Below, piece by piece: positions 38,843 through 50,563 of a stretch of DNA of 61,171 nt (position 1 is the first letter of the stretch; each line of letters starts with the position of its first letter). The notes below the pieces were generated by a model. That model saw only the letters and a program-made list of their open reading frames with translations. It did not search any database and had not been told where the DNA came from. The position numbers were made by a program, and so were the translations under genes. Source of the stretch: Octopus bimaculoides (taxonomy: Eukaryota); assembly GCF_001194135.2 (NCBI RefSeq), contig NC_068985.1:51772651-51833821 (forward strand), read 5' to 3'.

Positions 38843-40882
38843 TTCGAATTCACACTACGTAGTTAATGAAATAAAGAATTAAGGAATTTTGATTTTAAAG
38901 TCGTCCGAGAGTCGATGGAGGATTTCAACAGAGTCGATTTAAGGTTTGATCTTTGAGATGGATGTGTTCGTGTGCTTGCGTGTATGTATGTATGTATGTG
39001 TGTATTTATATTATATATTTTATATAGATGTGTGTGTGTGTGACACGACGGTCGAAGTGCGGCCCTTTAAAAAGTCGACTAGATATAAATAAAAAGTTGT
39101 TGCTATTCACAAATCGATAGTAATTAAACTAAAGCAAAAAAAAAAAAAATCAGGAATTGAATAACAAGGGGAGGGGAAAGAAATTAAAAACAAAACAACA
39201 AAAACGAGGGAAGCTCCGATTGGTGTTTACCCCACTAGTAAGACACCATAAACAGATACACACTCTTACATAAACAAACACACACACATATATATATACA
39301 TGTACATACACACATATAGACATATGCATACATACATGTGTGTGTGTGTGCGCGTGCGTATTTCAATTATCTATATCTATGTTATATTTTTACATTTATA
39401 GTCACTTATATATAAATATCTATAATTTACATGAGTATATATATTTCTGAATTAAAAAAAAAAAATTTCATTCCATAGTGAGGAAAAAAAAAAATGCGGA
39501 GAGGAAGTCTCGCAATGGTTAACATCTGAGCGAGAATTGATACGAGACCGGAAGTGAGTACTAGCGGTCCAAGACTTCCTCCATAGTATGTTGTGTTTAC
39601 GCGGCAAGTGTGGACAGTAGGATCCAGCTGAACTCTAGTCAGAAAAACCTTCCTAAGACTGCCTTCTCACGCAAACCTTCTCACCAATGGACGAAGTAAG
39701 ATTGCTTTTCATGCCTATGATCTTATTTCTCCTCTCTTTCCGCTGGCAATCGTGCTGATTTCCCGGCAAGAATTACCAACAGAAAAACAAATGACACGCG
39801 CACACTCATCATTGTAAAGAGACATACGCACGCATTTTATCAATTATCTCAGATCCATGTGTATTAATAATATTAATCATAGTGTTCATAACTAGATCCT
39901 TGTCATGCAATGTTGCATTCTTTCCACTTTTAAATATAAGAAGAAAAACTTAAATCTTGTCTCGCTATTCCCTCTCTCTCTCTCTGCAACCAATGACGTT
40001 CTTTAGCAGTATTTCCGTGCTAATTAAATCGTATTCGTTTTTAGTGTTGATAGACGGGGAAGAGAAAGTTTTAGTTGGTGCTAACGGCGAAATAAGGGGA
40101 AAATGTAACTAGGGAAATGATGGGGGAGATATATAAAACATTGTTGAAAAGCAATAACGCGATCAGTCAGATCAAATGAAAGTAATAAGGCACCTCCCGT
40201 ATTGAAGGTTGTGAAAATCCTTCCTACAATGTAATACTGTGTGGAATATCATTTTAGGTCGTTTGACCTTAGCTTTTTAACAGCAATAATGACTTCAAGC
40301 TTTTTACTTTAAATGTTTGGAAGTTTTAAAGCGAAATCGTGTTGAATTCCTTTTTGCTCTTTTCCCCGCAAAGCTTTTTATATGAATATAATAAACTGTT
40401 AACATTTTCTCTGTGAAATTCTGCCAGTTTTGCCTTGTTTGATCAAGAGTATTGTTGTGAAAGGACTTAATATCCGCTGAAACCGTTGAAATCCAGGATC
40501 CACTAACGTGTTGGAAAGAAAGACTAGTTTAAAAAAAGAAAAAAAAAAGAAAAGAAGGCGGAAATATTAAGAACCATCGTTTCTAAAGTAGAATATTGTA
40601 ACGATACTAAAACAATGTGCCTAAATGTTTGCTGAATATATATAAGACTAGCTAAGGAACGTTGTCTTGCATGAGATGCGGGAGGGCTCTACTATGTTTG
40701 TGTTGCAAGAACCAGCTGTGTTATGGGTGGGGCCACTTTTTAGTTGATATTTTGTGATATTTTCTTTTATAAGACGACACAATTAAGATAAACCAGAAAG
40801 AGAAATAGAGGGAGAAGTGTAGATACTATTTAAGAATAACAAACAGACAAAGCAAAACTTGTGGGAAGTGAAACGCATCGTC
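38843..40882. promoter_or_regulatory. Probable divergent promoter / 5'UTR region between FIBP and the pogo-PHD gene
   Basis: About 2 kb between divergent start codons. It is visibly CpG-richer and nearly free of TEs compared with the window, and has an ETS/GABP-type CCGGAAGTG at 39548-39556. Confidence 0.45.
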
Positions 40883-42607
40883 ATGCCCCGGTTATACAAA
40901 AGAAAAACTTTGAAAACTTTTTCTGAAGATGATCTGAGGGATGCTATAAATTGTTATAAAAACGGAGGTAAAGGTGTGACTTTTCGATCAGTTGCTCGGA
41001 AGTTTGGTGTACCAAGATCCACGTTAGAAAGATGGGTTAACAAACGCGAAAGTGCTCATTTTCGATCGGGCCGTGATACAGTCCTGTCAACGGAAATCGA
41101 AGAATATTTAATAGAGGCACTCTTATATCTGAGTGACCTCGGCTGGACGTTGGATAATGATCAACTGAAACTTATCGTGAAAAGTTATCTCGATTCCATG
41201 GATCTGCAAACGGTTTTCAAAAATAATATACCTGGAGACGACTGGCTTCACCATTTCATGAATCGCTGGAAAGACAGATTAACTTTGAGGAATCCAGATT
41301 ATGTAAATAATGCAAAAGTTAGAGAACTCACCGATGCAGTTATCGATGGCTTTTTTCAAATGTTGACTCAGTTGGTTAATCAACTGGGAATAACAGATTT
41401 ACCAGAACGATTTTACAATTTAAATGAAACGGGACTTAATCTCGACCCCAAAAAGAAAAAAGCTTTTCATCACCGTGGCATTAAAAACGGTCAGTATGTG
41501 ATGCCATCGGTGGGTAAGACACTTTACACAGTTTTATTTTGTGGCAATGCTGAGGGAGAGTACCTGCCACCCTACGTTATTTACAAAGGTAAATACTTGT
41601 ACGATACGTGGATGATGGGTGGCCCTGCTGGGACAACATACAACATTACAGAAACTGGTTGGATGGATGATTATGTTTTTGAAAACTGGGTGACACAGAC
41701 ATTTTTGCCTTTTGTAAAAAATAGGGAGAAACCAATAATTGTGTTCTTTGATGGCAATGGCTCACATATTACCTATCAAACAGCTTCAAAAGCCAGGAAT
41801 GCTGGGGTACATCTTGTTTGCTTACCTCCACATTCCTCAGGTGCTCTGCAACCTTTTGAGATTTCTGTGTATGGACCTGCCAAAAAAGTGTGGCATAGGA
41901 TTCTGCAGACATACTATAAGGAGTCTAGTCTGAAATCGGTCCAAAAGCTTGTTTTCCCTTCTCTTTTGAAACGCTTCTTTGACGAAGCATTCCTCGGTCG
42001 TAAAGATAATCTCATCAATGGATTTCGTAAGTCTGGTTTTTGTCCTTTGGATGCACAAAAGGGTAAGCTACTTTCTTCTAAAACCTTAGATAGATCGGAG
42101 AGAGATGCTGGTCCGTCTGGTCTCCAATCAAAAGAAGATACTGAAGCAGTAACAGGGGCTGCATCAAATTCTAAAACAAAAGCCAAAAAGTCTTCTCGGT
42201 CTTCTGTTTCCTCGGAAGAGAAAGCAAAGACTGCGAAGAAACCTTCAAAACGTCAGAAAAGAAGCTTACAAAGTGATGACAAGCCACCACCAAACAAAGA
42301 ACAAAAGAAAAATGTACAAGAAAATAACGAATCTGCACTAATTAGAGAAGCAATTCTCAAATTACAGCCTAAAATGAAGCGGAAGAATAAAAATAAATCT
42401 AAAAAGAAGTCACCAACGGCAAATAAAACTAATAATAACAACAAAGAAGAAGAAAAAATTGATGATAGTATTTGTTATATCTGCCTGGAAGAAGACCCCG
42501 AAACTGACCAGGAAGATATCAATTGGGTTGGTTGTGACAATTGCCCCAGATGGTTCCACGTGTCTTGTGTGGACGGCAGCGACAACCCCTGCAAACTTTG
42601 TTCCTGA
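40883..42607 (+). CDS. pogo/Tigger-family transposase-derived protein, 574 aa: HTH_psq/CENP-B-like HTH, DDE_1 domain, Lys-rich linker, C-terminal PHD finger
   Basis: Uninterrupted ORF, first ATG at 40883. N-terminal HTH (FRSVARKFGVPRSTLERW), pogo motifs FYNLNETG, FFDGNGSH and LPPHSSGALQPFE, and a C4HC3 finger CYIC..WVGCDNC..WFHVSC..CKLC. Confidence 0.9.
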   Translation: MPRLYKRKTLKTFSEDDLRDAINCYKNGGKGVTFRSVARKFGVPRSTLERWVNKRESAHFRSGRDTVLSTEIEEYLIEALLYLSDLGWTLDNDQLKLIVKSYLDSMDLQTVFKNNIPGDDWLHHFMNRWKDRLTLRNPDYVNNAKVRELTDAVIDGFFQMLTQLVNQLGITDLPERFYNLNETGLNLDPKKKKAFHHRGIKNGQYVMPSVGKTLYTVLFCGNAEGEYLPPYVIYKGKYLYDTWMMGGPAGTTYNITETGWMDDYVFENWVTQTFLPFVKNREKPIIVFFDGNGSHITYQTASKARNAGVHLVCLPPHSSGALQPFEISVYGPAKKVWHRILQTYYKESSLKSVQKLVFPSLLKRFFDEAFLGRKDNLINGFRKSGFCPLDAQKGKLLSSKTLDRSERDAGPSGLQSKEDTEAVTGAASNSKTKAKKSSRSSVSSEEKAKTAKKPSKRQKRSLQSDDKPPPNKEQKKNVQENNESALIREAILKLQPKMKRKNKNKSKKKSPTANKTNNNNKEEEKIDDSICYICLEEDPETDQEDINWVGCDNCPRWFHVSCVDGSDNPCKLCS

Positions 42608-44496
42608 AACTTCCCACGTGTAAAATGAAATCAAAAAAATGTTGACTTGTTCAAAAAAAAAAAAATATCCACTTTGCTCTACTGCCAGATATTTTCCTAC
42701 TTTTGTTTACAGATGTATAATTTCACNNNNNNNNNNNNNNNNNNNNNNNNNNNNNNNNNNNNNNNNNNNNNNNNNNNNNNNNNNNNNNNNNNNNNNNNNN
42801 NNNNNNNNNNNNNNNNNNNNNNNNNNNNNNNNNNNNNNNNNNNNNNNNNNNNNNNNNNNNNNNNNNNNNNNNNNNNNNNNNNNNNNNNNNNNNNNNNNNN
42901 NNNNNNNNNNNNNNNNNNNNNNNNNNNNNNNNNNNNNNNNNNNNNNNNNNNNNNNNNNNNNNTATATATATACAAATATATATATATGAATGAATATATA
43001 CATGCACACACACTATATATATAAATGTGTGTATCTGTATATATACAAACATACATAATTGCATACATATCCTCTTTTTTGAAACTCACTCTTCTCTGGA
43101 TTAAGAAAAAAAAAATCGAACAAATATATGAAGAATAAAAGGAAACATCTATTTGTAATTATTATTATTATTATTATTATTGCTGCTGATTCTACTATTT
43201 TGATTATGACAACTTATTATTATTATTATTAATGTTTAAATTCCTTTGAGGTCAACTTTGCCGTTCATCCTTTCCAGGGTTGATAAAATAAAGTACCGGT
43301 TGAATACTGGGGCCGAAATTAATCGATTGATCCTGTTGCCTCTTGAAAAATTACTGGCCTTGTACCAAAATTTTGAAACCTTTATTATAATTTTTGATAT
43401 TATTATTATTATTATTATGGCAGTGAGTTGGCAGAATTGTTAGCATGCTGGGTAGAATGCTTAGCGGCATTTTTGTCCATCTTTACATTCTGAGTTCAAC
43501 TTCTGCTGTGGTTGATTTTGCCTTTCGTCCTTTTAGGGTCGATAAAATAAGTACCGATTGAGCACTGTGGTTGATGTAATCGTCTTACTCTCTCCCCCAA
43601 AATTGTTGACATTTTACCAAAATTCAAGATAATCATCATCATCATTTTTATTATTATTATCATTATCATTATTATTTCTGGTTGTTATTATTTGTATTGT
43701 TATTTTTTTAAATATTACTTATTGAATTTCTGACATGTATTTTACAAAGGAAATGTTACTGTATTTGAACATCCTGTTTGAATATGTTGAAGTAATCTAG
43801 CTGTTGTCTGTGTTATGGTATTGTTAGGCCCATTAAAACTCCTTCCCTCGAGCTAGATGTTTTACACTTGATGGTTGATTACTTAGGTGTGTTTCTGATT
43901 ACCACCAGGTAGTCATAACACTGTTTCACTCAGGGTTTGATATTTCTACTGCCACTGGACTGTTTTAATTGCTCCAATAAGAAAGAAAGAATGAAAAAAG
44001 AAAAATCAATAAAACAGTTGTCAAATTCACCTAATATAGTTCACAGTTTCTGGATAATGTGATGATATTTATGGTGTATTATATAAGGTATTATGATAAT
44101 TGATGATAATGAGTATGACAAGGTTGAAGATGAAGTTGATATGTAATATGGTAATATGGACATCATCATTAGACTGACCTTTCATATATCTGCTGCCAAA
44201 TTATGGAAACTTTTTGCTACAACTGACAAATAGGCTTTCCTTTATAAATCTGTATCAGTTGATGAAGGAAGGTCTTGCTTTCAACAGTTGAAAGTATTGA
44301 GAAAGAGCCGAAGGTTTTATATACATGAAGCATTTTGAACAACTGAAGGAGCCTCTACAGGATTACTCGACATGCTAGGAGAAGGCCTTAATATACATAT
44401 ATGCAAAGCGTTTTGAACCACCAAAGGAGTCCCTACAGAATCACTTTACATGCTAGAAGTAGCAGTTAAATCTCCCATATATATATATATATATAT

Positions 44497-44879
44497 GGAG
44501 GCGCAATGGCCCAGTGGTTAGGGCAGTGGACTCGCGGTCATAGGATTGCGGTTTCGATTTCCAGACCGGGCGTTGTGAGTGTTTATTGAGCGAAAACAGC
44601 TAAAGCTCCACGAGGATCCAGCAGGGGATGGTGGCGAACCCTGCTGTATTCTTCCACTACAACTTTCTCTCACTCTTCCTTCCTGTTTCTGTTGTGCTTG
44701 TGCTTCAAAGGGTCAGCCTTGTCACACTGTGTCACGCTGAATATCTCCGAGAACTACGTTAAGGGTACACGTGTCTGTGGAGTGCTCAGCCACTTGCATG
44801 TTAATTTCACGAGCAGGCTGTTCCGTTGATCGGATCAACTGGAACCCTCGACGTCGTAAGCGACGGAGTGCCAACAACA
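44497..44879 (+). mobile_element. tRNA-SINE family C inserted in (TA)n
   Basis: Full head, body and (CAA)n tail flanked by TA runs. Confidence 0.85.
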
Positions 44880-45763
44880 TATATATATATATATAATGTT
44901 CCTATTTAAAAAAAAATAGGGACCAATTTGATAATGTAGTCCTAAATGTGCACTGCTTAAGAAACATGACTCACCCCTGGAGTTTTTTTCATTGAAGTTC
45001 TGTTTGTTAGGGCTGACCTTGGGTTTAACAACATAAAATGTTTGAATCAACGAGGGAGCCTTGACACGGTCATTTGGTCTGTGGAGAAGAGCTAAATCTC
45101 CCTTAAAAAGAAAGATGATTTGGATAACATAGTCCTGTGTCTCATGGAATTATCTGTGATCATAGGTCTGTTTAATCACAAAAGAAAATGAACCAACTTC
45201 TACTTGGTTGCTGAAATAGAAGCTAAATCTCCTTCATCATGCCCTACTTTGTTAAAAAAAAAAGTAGGACATATTAAGATAAGTAGTTGTACATAGAGTG
45301 TTTGAAAGATGACAAGTTAGTGTTAGAATGCTTTTTATCATGAATTTGTTTGATCTAGACTAGTGGTTCTCAATGATTCTTTTTGTTTATGGATCCCTTT
45401 AATTCCTATCTTACTCGAATGGACTCTCATGTTTAAAAAAATCCTATTGTATTTTTATAATTAAATATTACTAAAAATTGTTAAAACATTTTGTGTATCA
45501 TAGAAGTATAGGCAATTTATTGCAGATAAATTTTAACAACAAAATCTTATATGGACCCTAGTCGAGAACCATTACTCTGAGGTTAACCACTACCTGGCCC
45601 TCTAGTGCCTTTAGCATAATCTACTCTTTGTAAGAATTTCGTCCAGGTTTTTCATCTGCAGATAGCTTCCTCCTTTAGTCTCACCAATCTTAAAGATTTT
45701 GGAAAGAGATGATGGGTTCTAGGGCTCTCCCCCTCCTCCACCACCTCTGACTCAGCCATTTAA

Positions 45764-45985
45764 CCCTTTAGCTTTTAAAAGCGGCTATACCTGGTCAAAG
45801 TATTCTTCCTGTTTTAAGTTCAAATTGGCCAGATCCAGCCTCTGACACCTACCTTACAATGTTAGTCTAGAAAATTTACAATCACTTAACTGAAATCTCA
45901 AGACTACAAGATAATACTGGATAAATCCACAACAATGTGAATAAATTAGTGTTACATTTGATAGAATAAATTCAATGCTAAAGGG
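45764..45985. mobile_element. piggyBac-like MITE
   Basis: TTAA|CCCTTTAGC...GCTAAAGGG|TTAA. Related copies near 15440, 25690, 47100 and 54075. Confidence 0.75.
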
Positions 45986-47275
45986 TTAAAAAAGACAATA
46001 AACATGTTGAGTGACCTCTCCCCCAATGATTAGTCTATTTGAGAGTCTGTCACGGGCCACATAAGGCTGGAGCTTAATGGGATTCCCTTGGCGTATATGT
46101 GACTGAGATTACAAAACTTTCTCCTTGAATAAAAGCTTGTATGTTACAGAGTTAACTTCCTAGCTATTGCTGAATTCATTTACAGCTGAGTTGACTGGAG
46201 CAATGGGACATGAAGTGTTTTGCTCAAAAATACAACACTATCCAATCTAGGAATTGAAACTACAATCTTATGATCATGAATGCAACACCTCAACTACTAG
46301 GTTGCATGCCTTCTTGCATTAGTATATTTGATATTATTTAAGGATTTTGCAGTCTTTATTGCTATGTAGGAGAAGCGATAGGAGGAACGGGACAGGAAGT
46401 GTTGCCATTAGGAGTAGCAATAAGAGGAATGAAGCAGGAAGTGTTGTCATAACAATTTCGGTGGGAGTGGATTTGATAGAAAAAAAAAAGATGATATTTT
46501 TCTAAGTGTTTGTTAACGATATTTGAATATGTTGCCATATATTGTTACTGACTGTAATTATAGGTATTGTGTTTGTTCCATAACTACTAGTGATGTACCG
46601 TGCTTGTATTGTATTCTGTGCACACACATATATGTATGTATATATATATATATGTATTGTTGATATCAAGAATTTTATGAACTTTCAAGAGAACGTGAAT
46701 TAATTAATTCTTGCTTTTTGGAACAGTGCATCTCAAAGCACATATAAAGCTATAAATGATAACATGTAAATATTAAGTCGAATGCTTGTCATGTTTGTAG
46801 AATAAGTGGGTTCGAGTTCCATGGACAACCTTCAACTTTTTCGGCTCAAAAGGGATTTTCAACCCAATATTTACACACTTATTTGTAGCTTTATATGTGA
46901 TATCTGCTTCAACATCCAGTTTCAGAAAAAGAATATATATAATTCATTTCTATTCTCATCTCTACATCTGTCATTTTCCTTTCATACTCTTGTGAACCTA
47001 CCTGTCCCACCAACCATGCTCTATTCTCTCCATATCTACCTTTTCGTACCTCAATCTTTAAGCATTCAGGTTATTCTATTAAATTTAATGCTTATTTATT
47101 CACCCTCTTTTGAATTGCTCATGCGTTGTATTGTAGCTTCAAGATTTTGATGATGTGATTGTTTATTTTTGGAATAATGCTGTTGGATAGGTGTGTGAGG
47201 CTGGATCTGGTCAATTTGAACATAAAATAAGGTTAAATATTTGGGCCAGATATGGCTGGTTTAAATGATGAAATA

Positions 47276-48129
47276 CAAGGTGGTATCAAAACGTTCCTGG
47301 ACTAGTTCTGTAGCATGCACACCAACAGATGGCAACACACAGTTGCATGCGCAGTGAGAGCTAGCAGTGCTCTTCCTGAGGCAGTGTGCCAAGTGATATC
47401 ACTGTGTTTACTTTGCAGGTTGTGAAATTTGTGTTTTTGTGATCACGTATGCTGCAGCCTGCAGTTTTGTCATGGACAGGAGCAAAGAGCAAACATGAAA
47501 TTTTGCGTTAACCTTGGGAACTCTGCCACAGAGACATTGAGCATGCTTTGGTAAACTTACGGCAATGAGGCAATGGGTCATATGCAATGGTTTGAGTAGC
47601 ACAGGTGCTTCAAAAGCAGAAGAACTTCCTTGAAAGACCTGCTGTGAGCGTCACCCCCTCGGAAATGTGGTATTGTGCATTGAGAATTCATCCCCCCTGG
47701 ATGTCAGTCAAGAGTTCTACTGCGACGTTTTGAAGCATTTGAGGGAGGACATTTGGTGAAAGTGACCAGATCTGTGGAGCGCCTCAGTCATGAGTTTCTT
47801 GCCAAAAAACAACATAGTATCACTTCTGCACCCACTCTATTTGCCAGATTTAGCACCTGTGGACTTCCATCTCTTCCACAAGATGAAAATGTGGCTGAAA
47901 GGTTGCCATTTTAACACTGTTGTCAAGATCCAGAGCGAATTGCAGAAGGTCCTGGACTCGCTTATGGAAAATGACTCCTGGGCCCGGATTCCAAAAGTGG
48001 CAGGATTGCTGGGACAGATGTATTGCTGCGGAAGGTGACTATTTCGAAGGAGATGATGTTAAAAGTAAGGTAAATAAGTTATCTTTCTATTAAACACAAC
48101 TAGTCCAGGAACTTTTTGATACCACCTCG
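47276..48129 (+). mobile_element. Internally deleted mariner element with both TIRs and TA TSDs
   Basis: TA|caaggtggtatcaaaacgttcctggactagtt ... aactagtccaggaactttttgataccacctcg|TA; remnants include HPLYLPDLAPVDFHLF. Confidence 0.85.
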
Positions 48130-49480
48130 TATGTCCTGATATGTCTTCCTTTTCCTGCTGAGGTAGCCATGTATATTCTCTACATACTGTTACTCTTTTC
48201 ATGAAGAAAGGTTTGAGTGATTCTCATGCAAAAGACCTGGTGTAGATGTATAGCATCTTGAATGTCTTCTGTAGTGCTGAGTCAACCTAAGCCTAAAGGC
48301 TCCCAAAGGCCAGGTAGTGGTATTAACTTGTTTGTTACAGTATTTCTGTTGTGGTACATAGCCTTTGTTGTAATTAATTTTGAAATTAATGAAGAATTTT
48401 GTAAAATAATTCTATTATTATTAATCTGGTGTTCAGAACAAACTGATAAAGAATTTTGATGGAAGAAGGTTTTGATTTCGATAACTTTAAAAGAGAAAGT
48501 TTGAATCGTAGAACCAGGGTATCTTAGTCTCAAAATGAGTTTGATAGAAAAGGGTTAATTTAGATTCTTTTAAAACGAGAAGGTTAATATCATAAGATCT
48601 GGAGCATTCTCAAGGTTAGATGGTATCAAAAGGATTAAAGGAAATATTGGTTTTAACTGTTGTCATATATTACTGATAGTTATTGATCCTGGAAGGATGA
48701 AAGATATAATTAATCTAGATTTGATCTCATAAACATGAGATGACGCTCTGTCAGTTACGATGAAGGTGCCAATTGATTCAATCAATGGATCAGCTTACTC
48801 ATGAAGTTAATGTACAAGTGGTTGAGCACTCTACAGACATGCGTGCCTCTAACTTTGCTCCCAGGGAGATTCAATGTGACACAAAATGTGACAAGACTGA
48901 ACCCCTTTGAAATACAAGCACTAGCTTTTACCAGCTGAGTGGACTGAAGCAGTGTGAAGTAAAGTGTCTTGCTCAAAGACGCAATGTGCTGCTGGAAATT
49001 GAACTCACAAAAGCTGAATACCCTAACCACTAAGCCATGTGCCTTGACAAACATGAGGTTATGAACCCTAAATTAGGAAACCCAATTTTTTGGCACATGA
49101 CTAATTTGTAGTAGAATTGTCTTTTAAACTGGATTGATTTCACTAAAGTATTGATATTTGATTCATTAATCTCAGTAGAGCTGAAAGGCAGTGCTGATTG
49201 TCAAAATTTGCATTTTGGATGAATACAACCATCTTACCATATTTTCATTGACTTTGTTTCAAATAATTTTGAAGATGAATTTAATAATAATTTCATTAAG
49301 CTGGGGTTTGGAACAAAATTTTAATGGAAGGTCTTAATTTAAATCCTTTGTTACCATATTTCCATTGAAATACACTCCCTTTGTTTTAATTAATTTTGAA
49401 AGTAATGATGAATTTAATAAAATAGCTTTATTTACATTATTTACAATTGATGGATATTTGTTCTCATCTTGTTTGTTGTT

Positions 49481-49526
49481 AACACAACGTTTTGGCTGAT
49501 ATACCCTTCAGCCTTCATCAGGTGTC
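49481..49526 (-). ncRNA. Minimal hammerhead motif, G12-to-A mutated copy
   Basis: GACAC-CUGAUGA-A-GGCUG..CAGCC-AAAAC-GUU-GUGUU. The GAAA core has become AAAA (CpG-type decay). Confidence 0.55.
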
Positions 49527-49603
49527 TTGGAGAAATTTCGAACCTGGGTTCTCATTCCTAAGGTATTTTTCGATATTGTTGTTGTTGTTCTTATTATTAT
49601 TCA

Positions 49604-49675
49604 GGTCACTGCCCGGAATCAAACTCTGTATCTTGGGGTTAGTAGCTTGCGCTCTTAACCACTACGCCATATGCC
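49604..49675 (-). other. tRNA-like Pol III head (72 nt) within the PLE 3' region
   Basis: GGCATA-TGGCGTAGTGG (A box)...GAGTTTGATTCC (B-box-like). The acceptor stem is poorly paired, so it is not a functional tRNA. Confidence 0.6.
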
Positions 49676-50517
49676 TGTGGACAATTATGGAGTGAATTTT
49701 AGGGCTTATAAATCTAATATTCTCCTATCCTTCCTTAATACCAGTTCCCATATGTTGTTCATATCTGCACTCGGTCTGCTTTGGAGGTTGTTGTGTCCTA
49801 GCATATGTGCTGCTTCTTTTAGTTTTTGTATTTTCCAGTGGTGTTCTCTGTCTATTATTATAACTTCATCCCACAGTGGAAGGTGGTCTCCATTTTTCCA
49901 TACGTGATCAGCTATATCCGATTTATCAATATCTACCTGTGTCACAGCTTTGCGATGTTCCTCTACCCTTATTTTGAGGGGGCGGCATGTTTTGCCTTTG
50001 TCTAACCTATCACAGCTGCATGGGATGGAGTACATGCAGTTCTTAGTCATATTCTCTTCTGTTGGTGGTTTTACTTGAAGGAGATATTTGCGAAGTGTTG
50101 TATTACTTTTGAATACTGTCCTGATGTCATATGGGCTGCATATCTTTTGTATCTTTTCGGAGAGGCCTTTCACATAAGGTAGACAGACTTTGGACAGTTT
50201 ATCAGTTTCATCCTCTCTTTTCTTCCTAATTGGAGTGGAGAGTATACTTTTGGGGTAGTTGTTGCTTAATAGATTGTTACTGAGCTTGATCATTTTTTTG
50301 TGATGGCTATCATGATTGCTACTTATATTCATTATTCGATGTTTTAGGTACTGAGCAATCCCTCTCTTTACACTGTATAGATGGTGGGAGTTGAAGTTGA
50401 GGTATCATCCAGTGAAGGTTGGCTTGTGGTATACGGATGTCCTGAACCCATACTTGGTGCGTGTTATTAATACGTCCAGGAATGCTAGCCGATTGTCTTT
50501 TTGTTTTTCTCCCCCAA

Positions 50518-50563
50518 GACATCTGATGAAGGCTGGAGAGTATATCAGCCGAAACGTTGTGTT
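50518..50563 (+). ncRNA. Minimal type I hammerhead ribozyme motif, core intact
   Basis: GACAU-CUGAUGA-A-GGCUG-gagaguauau-CAGCC-GAAAC-GUU-GUGUU. Stem I 5 bp (2 G-U), stem II 5 bp, stem III a loop-less ACGU palindrome (dimer-type). Predicted cut after 50558. Confidence 0.7.

Noticed and set aside
44255-44300. TGATGAAGGAAG..CTTTC followed by the palindrome ctttcaacagttgaaag
   Set aside because: GAAAC and a cleavage triplet are not positioned after stem II.
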